Shown here: positions 1 to 8,833 of the stretch, in pieces | Layout of the letters: every line of letters begins with the position of its first letter | Numbering within the stretch: position 1 is the stretch's first letter | NCBI GenBank assembly: GCA_039794085.1 | Contig: JBDIWC010000061.1 | Coordinates: forward strand, 1-19,706 | DNA length: 19,706 bases | Direction of reading: 5' to 3' | Source: Gemmatimonadales bacterium | GTDB taxonomy: Bacteria > Gemmatimonadota > Gemmatimonadetes > Gemmatimonadales > GWC2-71-9 | The notes under the pieces: generated by a model | Told to the model about the DNA's origin: nothing | The model's input: only the letters and a program-made list of their open reading frames with translations | The model's database searches: none | Made by a program: the position numbers and the translations under genes

Positions 1-106
<106 letters not shown>

Positions 107-952
107 AGTCTTCCCCGCCTGTTCCGCCAGGAGATCCACGAGGAGGATGATCCGGGATCCCCGTTCCTCGTGCTGCAGAAAGATCCGCTCCCGGAAAAGA
201 TCAACCGCCACCACGCGCTCGGTGCCGAGAGCGGTTCGGATCGTCTTCCCCTCCTTGGGGAATCGCTTCCGCGAGGTCACATAGAAGGCGTGTTCGTACT
301 TGAGACAGCAGAGGAGCCGGCCGCAGCCACCGGAGATCTGGCTTGGATTGAGGGAGAGCCGCTGATCCTTGGCGAGGCCGAGACTGACCGGCGACAGGTC
401 CGTGAGCCAGGTGGAGCAGCAGAATTCGCGTCCGCACCGCCCCAGCCCTCCCAGACGGGCCGTCTCGTCGCGGGCCCCGATCTGCCGGAGATCGATTCGG
501 GTCCGGAGCCGGGTGGCCAGGTCCCGCACCAGAGCCCGGAAGTCCACCCGCGACTCCGCGGTGAAGAACACGGCGAGCCGGGCGCGGTCCCACTGCCATT
601 CGGCATCCACGATCTTCATCGCGAGCCCGTGCTCTCGCACCCGCCCGCGGATGAGATGGCGCACCGTCTCCTCTTCCCGCCGGTTGTCCACCGCGATGGC
701 CGTGTCCCGCGACGTGGCGCGCCGGACGATGCCGCGGGACACCGGGGGCGGCGCCCCGGAGGCACACCCGGCGCAGGACACGGCACACTTGGCCTCCGCC
801 AGGGATCCCAGCGCGCTCACGCGTCCCAGGTCGAGACCCCGCTCGGCCTCGACGATGACCGGGTCGTCCACTCCGAAGGCACCGGGATCGCCGGTCCAGC
901 GAAAGTATTCCTTGCGGTTTCCCTTGAATCGAACCTCGACGGGTGCCGTCAT
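107..952 (-). CDS. ricT: RicT/YaaT (PSP1 C-terminal domain) family Fe-S regulatory protein, 3'-partial (at least 282 aa)
   Basis: Not in the ORF track because there is no stop before the window edge. Manual translation from ATG at 952 (TGATG overlap with the accA stop) gives MTAPVEVRFKGNRKEYF...VIVEAERGLDLG...MKIVDAEWQWDR...FFTAESRVDFRALVRDLA...RIDLRQIGARDE...GGLGRCGREFCCSTWL...LAKDQRLSLNPSQISGGCGRLLCCLKYE. These are the hallmark PSP1/YaaT motifs. Confidence 0.92.
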
Positions 953-1911
953 CACCCCTCGGCGAAGGAGCCCATCGCCGCGTACTTGTCGGCGCGGCGG
1001 CGCACCAGGCGATCGGGCCGGATGCGCCGGAGTTCGTGGAGGTGACGGAGGAGGACGGCCCGCAGGGATTCGCCGGCGCCCTCGGAGTCCTGGTGGGCGC
1101 CGCCCAGGGGCTCCGGGATGATCTCGTCGATCAGTCCATGACCCGCCAGGTCCGGGGCGGTCAGTTTCAGCGCCGCCGCCGCCCGTTCCCGCTGGGACGC
1201 GTCCTTCCAGAGGATGGCGGCGCATCCTTCGGGTGAGATCACGGAATACACGGAGTTCTCGAACATCAGGACGCGGTCGGCCACGCCCAGGGCGAGGGCG
1301 CCGCCGGATCCCCCTTCGCCCACGACGACGGCGATGATCGGAGTGGCCAGCGCCGCCATCTCGAGAATGTTGGTGGCCAGCGCCTCCGACTGCCCCCGCT
1401 CCTCCGCTCCCAGTCCGGGATAGGCGCCGGGGGTGTCGATCAGCGTGATCACCGGGGCCGAGAACCGCTCGGCCAGGCGCATCAGCCGCAATGCCTTGCG
1501 ATATCCCTCCGGGTGCGGCATGCCGAAGTTGCGCCGGATGTTCTCCTTGGTGTCCCGTCCCTTCTGGTGCCCGATCACCATCACGGAGATCCCGCCGAGA
1601 CGGGCCCACCCCCCGACGATCGCCGGGTCATCCCGAAACAGCCGGTCGCCGTGGAGCTCGATGAAGTCCGTGAAGATCGAGGAGAGATAGTCGAGTGTGT
1701 AGGGACGCCGGGGGTGCCGGGCCACCAGGACGCGCTGCATCGGTGTCAGCGAGGAGTAGATCTTCTCCCGCTGCCGGGTGAGCCGCTCCTGCAGGCGAGT
1801 GATCTCGGGGGACGGGTCCCCGTCACCTTCGTCCTGTTGCTGCAGCTTGTCGATCTGCTGCTCCAGTTCCTGGAGGGGCTTCTCGAAGTCCAGTGTGTAG
1901 ATCGTCGCCAT
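952..1911 (-). CDS. accA: Acetyl-CoA carboxylase carboxyltransferase subunit alpha
   Basis: LDFEKPL, ARHPRRPYTLDY, ELHGDR, GHQKGRDTKENIRRNFGMPHPEGYRKALRLM, DTPGAYPG, GEGGSGGALA and YSVISPEGCAAILW motifs. 319 aa, directly downstream of dnaE. Confidence 0.98.
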   Translation of the reverse strand: MATIYTLDFEKPLQELEQQIDKLQQQDEGDGDPSPEITRLQERLTRQREKIYSSLTPMQRVLVARHPRRPYTLDYLSSIFTDFIELHGDRLFRDDPAIVGGWARLGGISVMVIGHQKGRDTKENIRRNFGMPHPEGYRKALRLMRLAERFSAPVITLIDTPGAYPGLGAEERGQSEALATNILEMAALATPIIAVVVGEGGSGGALALGVADRVLMFENSVYSVISPEGCAAILWKDASQRERAAAALKLTAPDLAGHGLIDEIIPEPLGGAHQDSEGAGESLRAVLLRHLHELRRIRPDRLVRRRADKYAAMGSFAEG

Positions 1912-1914
1912 GGA

Positions 1915-4900
1915 TCATCCCGCCTTGACGAAGGAGACCGCATCGGGGCCGAGCACGTCGCGCAGCGCGACGATCAGGTCGTCGTCGGGGGAGACGCGCA
2001 GTCGCCGGGACCGGAGGCGCACCGCGTCACCCTCCGGACCGCGCCATTCAATATAGACCGGCGCCGGTCCGGGATGAGCGGCGCACAGTGCGGTGACCCT
2101 TTTCACCGCCTCCGGAGAGGGCGAGGCCGGGACCCGCCACCGCAGGGCGAGCGCCAGAGCCCCCGCGGTCCGCAGGTCGGTGAGGGGGCGCGCCTGCTCC
2201 ACGACGAAGGGAGCCTGATCCTCGCCCCGATCCCGGGTACTGAACCCTCCGGTCAGCAGCACGGCGAGGTCGGGGACAATGATGCCATTCAGGCGGGACC
2301 AGGCATCGGGGAAGACGATGGCTTCGGCGGTTCCATGAAAATCCTCGAGCGTGACCCGGGCATACTCCTTCCCGGTCTTCTTGCTGATCTGTCGCTTGAC
2401 CAGGGTGATGACCGCCGCCACGGTGACCTGGTGTTCGCTCCATTCGCCGAGCGTGGCCGTGGTGCGGGTTCCGAACAACTCCACCTCGTGCCGGAACACT
2501 TCGAGGGGATGCCCGGAGATAAAGAAGCCGATCAGCTCCTTCTCGCGCCGCAGCCGGTCGGCCTCGGTCCAGGGCGGCACCGCCGGGAGGGCCCGGCTGC
2601 GTGGCGGGGTCGCGGCGGCGGGTCCCTCTCCGAAGAGGGATCCCTGTCCCGCTTCGCGTTCCTGCTGGAGCAGTTGCGCCTCCCCCAGCGCATCGTCCAG
2701 CGCGGCCACCAGGGCGGATCGTTCCCCGAAGGCATCACAGGCTCCCGCTCCGACCAGGGATTCGAGCACCCGCTTGTGGCAGAGCCGCAGGTCGATCCGG
2801 CTCACGAAATCCCAGAGATCGGTGATGGGGGGACCGCGTCGCGCGGTGAGGATCGACTCGATCGCGCCCCGGCCCACGTTGCGAATGGCCCCGAGACCGA
2901 AGCGGATCCGGCGTTCGCCCACCACGGTGAACTTGAATCCCGACTCCAGCACGTCGGGTGGCAACACCTCGAGACCGAGGTCGCGGGCCTCGTTGATGTA
3001 CTGTACCACCTTGTCCGTGTTGCCGATTTCGGACGAGAGCAATGCCGCCATGAATTCGGCCGGATGATGGGCCTTGAGCCAGGCCGTCTGGTAGCTGAGG
3101 AGCGAGTAGGCCACCGAGTGCGATTTGTTGAACCCGTAGCGTCCGAAGGTCTCGATCTGGGCGCCCAGTTCCTCGGCCAGGCGCCGGGGGTGGCCCTGGG
3201 CCATGGCCCGTTCGACGAACCGGGCGATCTCGCTTCGGATCAGGTCCACATCCTTCTTCCCCACCGCCTTCCGCAGCACGTCGGCCTCGGCGAGCGAGAA
3301 GCCGGCCAGCACGTTGGCGATGCGCATCACCTGTTCCTGATAGGTGATGACTCCCCAGGTCGGCTCCAGGATCTCCCGGAGGGACGGGTGGGGGTAGGTC
3401 ACGGCTTCCTGCCCCAGCTTCCGCCGGATGAAGACCAGGTGCATGCCGGCATCGAGCGGCCCGGGGCGCAACAGGGCGTTGGAGGCCACCAGGTCGTCGA
3501 ACCGGTCGCACTTCATGGCTCGCAGGGTTTCCGTGGCGAGGGCGGATTCGAACTGAAAGATCCCGGCGGTCCGGCCGGCGCGGAGGAGGGCATAGACGGC
3601 GGGGTCGTCCAGCGGCATGGCATCCAGGTCCGGGGCGCTGCCATGCCGCTCCCGGATCATCGCCAGGGCGTCGTGGATGACGGTCAGGGTCTTCAGGCCG
3701 AGGATGTCCATCTTGAGCATCCCGACCTTCTCGAGCGCCACCATGTCGTATTGGGTGATGATCGAGTCCTGTCCGTCCCCCTGCTGTCCCGATCCCTTGG
3801 TGGGGGCGGTGCAGACCGGCACGTACTCCTGGAGCGGTCCGGGAGCGATGACGACACCCGCGGCGTGCACCGAGGCATGCCGTGACATCCCCTCGATCCG
3901 GGCCCCGAAGTCCACCAGCTTGCGGTACACCGGAGCCGAGTCCACCAGGGCCCGGAGTTCGTCGATCCGCTCCACCGCCTGGGGGATCGTCATGCTGAAG
4001 GCGGGGCCGGAGGGAATGAGCTTGGTGATCCGATCCGCCTCGCCGGGCGGGATTTCGAGGACGCGGGCCACATCCTTGATGGCGGCTCGGGCCTTCATGG
4101 TCCCGAAGGTGATGATCTGCCCGACGCTGTCCCGCCCGTACCGCTCGCGCACGTACTCGATGACTTCGCCCCGGCGCTCATAGCAGAAGTCGACGTCGAT
4201 GTCGGGCATCGACACCCGCTCGGGGTTCAGGAATCGCTCGAAGAGGAGGTCGAACCGGAGCGGGTCGACGTTGGTGATCCCCAGTCCGTAGGCCACGATG
4301 CTTCCGGCGGCCGACCCGCGCCCCGGACCCACCGGGATGCCCCGGGCCCGGGCGGCCGAGATGAAATCGTGGACGATGAGGAAGTAGCCGGCGTAGCCCG
4401 CGGCGTTGATCACTCCCAGCTCGTAGGCGAGCCGCTCCTCGACCTCGGTGGGGAGAGGCGATCCGTACCGGGTGATGACCCCGGAGCGGGCCAGATCCGC
4501 GAGGAACTCCTCGTCGCTCGCAAAGCCCTCGGGCCGGGGGAAGGTCGGCACGAAGTAGCGCTTTTCGAAATCGAACTCGCAGAGGTTCGCCACATGCTGG
4601 GTGGCGTCGAGGGCGGCACCCTGGTCGGGGAAGAGCGCCCGCATTTCCGCTTCGCTCTTGACGTACGTTTCGGTTCCCGTGAACCGGAAACGCTTGGGGT
4701 CCGACAGCAGACAGCCGGTGCCGATGGCCAGGAGCACATCGTGCGCATCGGCATCCTCCCGGCGGAGGTAATGGGCGTCGTTGGTCGCCACCACGCCGAT
4801 GCCGAGCTCCCGGCCCAACCGCAGCATCCCCTCGGCCACCTTCCTCTCCTCCGGAATGCCGTGGTCCTGGATCTCGAGCCAGAATCCCTCGGGGCCAAAG

Positions 4901-5397
4901 GTCCGGGCAAACCAGGCGGCGGAGGCCTTCGCCTCGTCATAGCGGTCGGCGCGGAGGGCGAGGGCGATCTCCCCCGACAGGCAGGCGGCGAGGCAGATGA
5001 CGCCGTCCGCGTGGGAGGCCAGCACCTCCTTGTCGATGCGCGGGCGGCGGTAGAACCCCTCCGTGTAGCCAATCGACGTGAGGCGGATCAGATTCCGGTA
5101 TCCGGCCCGGTTGCGGGCCAGCAGCACGAGATGACTGTAGGGGCTGTGGGCCCAGGCGGGCTTGTCCTGGGCCGACCGGTGGCCAAAGGCGAGATAGGCT
5201 TCGAATCCCAGGATCGGGCGGATGCCCCCGGCCCGGGCCGCCTCATGGAAGGCCCACGCGGCGTACATGTTGCCGTGATCGGTGACCGCCAGGCTGTCCT
5301 GCCCCAGCTCCCGCACCCGGGCGATGAGATCCGGGAGCCTGTTCGCGCCGTCGAGGAGGGAGAATTCGCTGTGGGTATGAAGGTGGGCGAATGCCAT
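1915..5397 (-). CDS. dnaE: DNA polymerase III subunit alpha (1160 aa)
   Basis: PHP domain start HLHTHSEFSLLDG and TDHGN, GPGRGSAAGS, FERFLNPERVSMPDIDVDF catalytic motif, YGFNKSHS, and a C-terminal OB fold (LEDFHG). Start reassigned from 5613 to ATG 5397, 2 nt after the hisIE stop, because the longer ORF overlaps hisIE. Confidence 0.98.
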   Translation of the reverse strand: MAFAHLHTHSEFSLLDGANRLPDLIARVRELGQDSLAVTDHGNMYAAWAFHEAARAGGIRPILGFEAYLAFGHRSAQDKPAWAHSPYSHLVLLARNRAGYRNLIRLTSIGYTEGFYRRPRIDKEVLASHADGVICLAACLSGEIALALRADRYDEAKASAAWFARTFGPEGFWLEIQDHGIPEERKVAEGMLRLGRELGIGVVATNDAHYLRREDADAHDVLLAIGTGCLLSDPKRFRFTGTETYVKSEAEMRALFPDQGAALDATQHVANLCEFDFEKRYFVPTFPRPEGFASDEEFLADLARSGVITRYGSPLPTEVEERLAYELGVINAAGYAGYFLIVHDFISAARARGIPVGPGRGSAAGSIVAYGLGITNVDPLRFDLLFERFLNPERVSMPDIDVDFCYERRGEVIEYVRERYGRDSVGQIITFGTMKARAAIKDVARVLEIPPGEADRITKLIPSGPAFSMTIPQAVERIDELRALVDSAPVYRKLVDFGARIEGMSRHASVHAAGVVIAPGPLQEYVPVCTAPTKGSGQQGDGQDSIITQYDMVALEKVGMLKMDILGLKTLTVIHDALAMIRERHGSAPDLDAMPLDDPAVYALLRAGRTAGIFQFESALATETLRAMKCDRFDDLVASNALLRPGPLDAGMHLVFIRRKLGQEAVTYPHPSLREILEPTWGVITYQEQVMRIANVLAGFSLAEADVLRKAVGKKDVDLIRSEIARFVERAMAQGHPRRLAEELGAQIETFGRYGFNKSHSVAYSLLSYQTAWLKAHHPAEFMAALLSSEIGNTDKVVQYINEARDLGLEVLPPDVLESGFKFTVVGERRIRFGLGAIRNVGRGAIESILTARRGPPITDLWDFVSRIDLRLCHKRVLESLVGAGACDAFGERSALVAALDDALGEAQLLQQEREAGQGSLFGEGPAAATPPRSRALPAVPPWTEADRLRREKELIGFFISGHPLEVFRHEVELFGTRTTATLGEWSEHQVTVAAVITLVKRQISKKTGKEYARVTLEDFHGTAEAIVFPDAWSRLNGIIVPDLAVLLTGGFSTRDRGEDQAPFVVEQARPLTDLRTAGALALALRWRVPASPSPEAVKRVTALCAAHPGPAPVYIEWRGPEGDAVRLRSRRLRVSPDDDLIVALRDVLGPDAVSFVKAG

Positions 5398-5399
5398 GA

Positions 5400-6041
5400 C
5401 TATGTCATGCGGCTGTCCAGCGCCGCGTAGACCCGGGAGAGGGGCACATCCCGGGTCTGGAGGAGGACGAGCAGATGGTACAGGAGGTCCGCGGCTTCGC
5501 TCTCCAGCCGCTCGGACGACTCGGACAGGGCGGCCACCATCACCTCCACCGCCTCCTCCCCGGTCTTGCGCGCGGCCAAGGGGGGGCCACCTGCCAACAG
5601 GGTCGCGGTCCACGATCCCTCCGGGGCGGTCCGCGCCCGATCGGCGATCGTGTGGGAGAGGTGGTCCAGGGTATGACCCGCGGGAGGAGTGGTGCAGGCA
5701 GCCGCTTCGCCGTTCGTCACCACGGTCATGAAGCAGCTCACCGCACCGGTGTGACAGGAAGGGCCTTCGGGATGGACCCGGTAGAGTACACTGTCACCGT
5801 CACAGTCGACGCGCATCTCCACGAGGCGCTGGACATTCCCGCTGGTGGAACCCTTGTGCCACAGGGTCTGGCGGGACCGGCTGAAATAGTGGGCCTGCCC
5901 GGTGCGGAGAGTCGACTCCAGGGCTTCGGCGTTGGCCCAGGCGAGCATCAGCACTCCGCCGGTGCGGGCGTCCTGGGTCACGACAGGCACGAGGCCCGAG
6001 GGGTCGAAGCGCACCTGGTCATGCCACGGGGAAGGGGTCAT
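5400..6041 (-). CDS. hisIE: Bifunctional phosphoribosyl-AMP cyclohydrolase / phosphoribosyl-ATP pyrophosphatase (213 aa)
   Basis: [32 protein letters not shown] and CHTGAVSCF (HisI); KTGEEAVE and [13 protein letters not shown] (HisE). Start taken as ATG 6041 because the TTG at 6077 is part of the -35 hexamer. Confidence 0.95.
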   Translation of the reverse strand: MTPSPWHDQVRFDPSGLVPVVTQDARTGGVLMLAWANAEALESTLRTGQAHYFSRSRQTLWHKGSTSGNVQRLVEMRVDCDGDSVLYRVHPEGPSCHTGAVSCFMTVVTNGEAAACTTPPAGHTLDHLSHTIADRARTAPEGSWTATLLAGGPPLAARKTGEEAVEVMVAALSESSERLESEAADLLYHLLVLLQTRDVPLSRVYAALDSRMT

Positions 6042-6047
6042 GGCTGG

Positions 6048-6077
6048 AAGGTATCCGGTAGGAGGGCGATTTGTCAA
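6048..6077 (-). promoter_or_regulatory. Sigma70-type promoter for hisIE-dnaE-accA-ricT, probably producing a leaderless mRNA
   Basis: On the minus strand: TTGACA (6077-6072), 18-nt spacer, TACCTT (6053-6048, TANNNT), then 6 nt, then ATG 6041. There is no room for a Shine-Dalgarno sequence. Confidence 0.7.
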
Positions 6078-6166
6078 AGTTGTTGTGAATACAGGAGTTA
6101 GGGGCGCTGCGCATCAAGCTGCACCGGCAGAGGTCACCGCCGGTGTGGACCCGCTCCTTCGCGGGG

Positions 6167-6226
6167 ATGACGCACAGTAAGAGATCCCCTTACCTTTCAG
6201 CCCTGGTTCGACGGCCATCTTCGGAG
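6167..6226 (+). promoter_or_regulatory. Putative promoter and RBS for the peptidase locus
   Basis: ATGACG (6167-6172), 18 nt, TACCTT (6191-6196; same -10 and spacing as the divergent hisIE promoter). GGAG at 6223-6226 lies 7 nt before ATG 6234. Confidence 0.5.
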
Positions 6227-6233
6227 ACGACGC

Positions 6234-7934
6234 ATGGACATACGATTGACCGCATCGGGGCTCGCCTCTCTCGCGATTCTGGCGAGTGCCTGTGGCGGCG
6301 GGGGAGGGGGGACCGATCCCACGCCGCCCCCGCCCCCGCCCCCCCCGACCACAACCATCGGGTGCGCAGGCATCGCTCCCCTGGTCCTGGCCCCCGGAGG
6401 GCACCAGGTGGTGGACCCGGCCGCGACCAACGGGTGCGTCGTCCTTCCGGCACCCACCGGACCCCAGGCCGAGTATCTGGTGGTGCCGGTGTCGGGCAAC
6501 GGGCAGGTGACGACGTCGGGCGTCGTGGGTCCCTTCGCGCTGCAGGTGGGGGGCCCCGCCACATCTCCCCCTCCCTCCCCCTCGGCGCTGCGCCAGTCCC
6601 GTCCGAGTCTTCCGGAGGCCTTCGACGGCATGCTCCGGGCCCGGGAGGAGGAGCTACGGGGCCGGTACACCGGTCAGTTGGAGAGCAGGGCGCCGGCCGC
6701 GGCGCCGGCCGTGGGGGAGCAGCGCACCTTCAATGTCTGTGGCAACCTCGCGTGCTCCTCCTTCGTTCCGGTGGAGGCCACGGCCCGGGTGGTCGGAACC
6801 CGGGCGGCCATTTTTGTTGACAACACGGTGCCCGGTCCCGATACCCTCCAACAGGCGGATCTCGACGATCTCAGCCGGACCTTCGACAACTTCCACTTCG
6901 ACATCAGTACCGACGCCTTCGGCCTGCCGAGTGACATTGACGGCAACGGCGTGATCATGATCCTGTTGACCAACCAGGTAAATGATCTCACGCCAGATTG
7001 CACCAACGGGAGAATCCTCGGATTTTTCTTCGGGGGCGATCTGATTCCCACCGCGCAGGGCTCGAACGTGGGTGAGATATTCTACGCCCTGGTGCCCGCG
7101 CCGGAAACCGCCGGGTGCAAAGCCATCTCCCGGAAGGGAGCCACCGATGCGGTCAAGCGGACCCTGATTCACGAATATCAGCACATGATCAGCTGGAATC
7201 AGCATGTGATCCTCCGCAACGGGCCCTCGGAGCGAACCTGGCTCAACGAGGGGCTCTCCCACGCGGCCGAAGAGCTGGCGGGCCGGCTGATTCCCGACGC
7301 GGAATGCGTCGGATTCCCGAGCTGCCGGAGCCTGTACACGTCCGGTGACCTGTTCAACGCCTTCGACTATCTCAGCAACACGGAGGTCACCTTCATGGTG
7401 TCCCCGGGGAGCTCCAACGGCACCCTGGAGGAGCGGGGAGCCCAGTGGCTCTTCGTCCGGTGGGTGGCGGACCAGTTCGCCACCGACCCGGCCTTCCTCG
7501 GGAGCAATGTGACCCGGGCCCTTCTGCAAACCGCCCAGGTGGGATCGGCGAACGTGGAGGCGGTGACCGGGCAGCCGTTCCCGACCCTTGTGGCGGAGTG
7601 GCTCCTGGCCACCTTCCTCGATGACCTCCCCAACTTCACGCCCTCCTCGCCCCGGATTACCTATCGGTCCTGGGGGTTCCGGAGCGTCTTCGCGGCCAAC
7701 GCCCCGCCGAACGGGACCGCGTTCGACAGGCCGTTCCCGACCGTTCCGGACGTGGTGATCGCCCCCGGACCGTTCACCAAGATCGGCAACCTGCGCGGTG
7801 GCTCGGGTCGCCATTTCCGGATCCTGGTTCCGGCCGGTAGCGGGGGGGCGGAGGTGCAGGTCTTCCGGAACACGGCGGGAGTCACGCTGGATCCCGCGCT
7901 TTTCCCCCGCATTGGCGTGGCGCGCGTGCAGTGA
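6234..7934 (+). CDS. Putative lipoprotein zinc metalloendopeptidase (gluzincin, M30/hyicolysin-like), 566 aa
   Basis: Signal peptide ending LASA-C20 (imperfect lipobox), a G6 plus P8 tether, TLIHEYQHMI (HExxH, 7170-7184) followed by WLNEGLS (third Zn ligand), DIDGNG loop, and several paired Cys consistent with export. The family assignment comes from motif recognition only. Confidence 0.8.
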   Translation: MDIRLTASGLASLAILASACGGGGGGTDPTPPPPPPPPTTTIGCAGIAPLVLAPGGHQVVDPAATNGCVVLPAPTGPQAEYLVVPVSGNGQVTTSGVVGPFALQVGGPATSPPPSPSALRQSRPSLPEAFDGMLRAREEELRGRYTGQLESRAPAAAPAVGEQRTFNVCGNLACSSFVPVEATARVVGTRAAIFVDNTVPGPDTLQQADLDDLSRTFDNFHFDISTDAFGLPSDIDGNGVIMILLTNQVNDLTPDCTNGRILGFFFGGDLIPTAQGSNVGEIFYALVPAPETAGCKAISRKGATDAVKRTLIHEYQHMISWNQHVILRNGPSERTWLNEGLSHAAEELAGRLIPDAECVGFPSCRSLYTSGDLFNAFDYLSNTEVTFMVSPGSSNGTLEERGAQWLFVRWVADQFATDPAFLGSNVTRALLQTAQVGSANVEAVTGQPFPTLVAEWLLATFLDDLPNFTPSSPRITYRSWGFRSVFAANAPPNGTAFDRPFPTVPDVVIAPGPFTKIGNLRGGSGRHFRILVPAGSGGAEVQVFRNTAGVTLDPALFPRIGVARVQ

Positions 7935-8833
7935 TCCCCCGGCGGAGCCTCCCCGGACTTCTCCTGGTGGTGGCCGGACTCCACCCCGTGATGGCCCAGG
8001 GGACGCCCGGGACGGCGGGATCCCCCCCGGTTCCGGTCGTCTCCACCTTCCCGGCGTCGGTCCGGATTGCGGGCCTGAGCGGGGCGAGCGTGTCCCTCAT
8101 CGGATTTGCCAGCTCGGTCTTCACCAATCCCTCGGGCCTCGCTCCGGTTCGGAGCCTGAGTCTGGAGAGCGCCGCGACCCGCCGGGGGGACAAGTCCGCC
8201 TACCTGATGGGGGCGGCCGCGGTCCGCGTGGGGGATTTCACTCTCGGGGCCGGGTATCAGTACCTGGAGTTTGCGCGTGACGAGCCCGTGTCCAGCAACC
8301 TGAGCTGGGCCGGGGCCGTGGTCTACCGCATCGCCGGCATCGCCGTGGGGGGGAGCGGGCGTTACGTGTCGGTGCGGGAACGGGGGGGACCGGTCACGCG
8401 CTCCCTGACCGGGGATCTCGGAATGACCCTGGCCTTCTTCGACATCGCCGCGCTGGCGTTTGCCGTGCGCAACGTGGCAACCACCGCGTTGACCGGTCCC
8501 TCGCTCGACCTTCCCACCGCCTATCATCTGGGGTTCACCATGAACCTCCTCGATACCTATTCCCACGGGCGTCTACTCGCCACCGTGGAAACGGTTTGGA
8601 CGGATGGGGAGAACCGGCGCACCATCGTCGGGTTGGAAACGGGAGTGGTGGTGGGCGGAATTGGCCTGGTGGCGCGGGCCGGAACCGGGGCGCGGCCCGG
8701 CCGCAGCATGCTGTCGTCCTCCACTGTCGGCGGGGGCCTGGTGCTGGGACGGGCCGCGATCGATTACGCCTGGCAGCGCCGAAGCGCTCTGGGGGAACGG
8801 CTTCACCTTCTGGGCGTGCGCTGGACTCCGTGA
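7931..8833 (+). CDS. Outer-membrane beta-barrel protein, PorV/PorQ (UPF0164) / FadL-like, 300 aa
   Basis: GTG start overlaps the upstream TGA (GTGA). Signal peptide (..HPVMA-Q). N-terminal 'SVRIAGLSGASVS..ASSVFTNPSGLA' resembles the R-x-x-G-M-G-G-A..NPAGLA hatch motif. Many alternating amphipathic Gly/aromatic strands, and a C-terminal LHLLGVRWTP strand. Confidence 0.7.
   Translation: MIPRRSLPGLLLVVAGLHPVMAQGTPGTAGSPPVPVVSTFPASVRIAGLSGASVSLIGFASSVFTNPSGLAPVRSLSLESAATRRGDKSAYLMGAAAVRVGDFTLGAGYQYLEFARDEPVSSNLSWAGAVVYRIAGIAVGGSGRYVSVRERGGPVTRSLTGDLGMTLAFFDIAALAFAVRNVATTALTGPSLDLPTAYHLGFTMNLLDTYSHGRLLATVETVWTDGENRRTIVGLETGVVVGGIGLVARAGTGARPGRSMLSSSTVGGGLVLGRAAIDYAWQRRSALGERLHLLGVRWTP

Noticed and set aside
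1513..3885. 790-aa plus-strand ORF
   Set aside because: Antisense shadow of dnaE/accA, typical of high-GC codon bias, with no recognisable motifs.
1915..5397. Intein, split gene or frameshift in dnaE
   Set aside because: The length (1160 aa) and motif order are continuous and normal; no intein signature was seen.
5398..5613. N-terminal extensions in the ORF track for dnaE, and likewise for pdhC (16748), pdhA (18779), the aminopeptidase (8596) and the membrane protein (14115)
   Set aside because: They overlap upstream genes in another frame and are low-complexity. Downstream starts coincide with family N-termini or stop/start overlaps.
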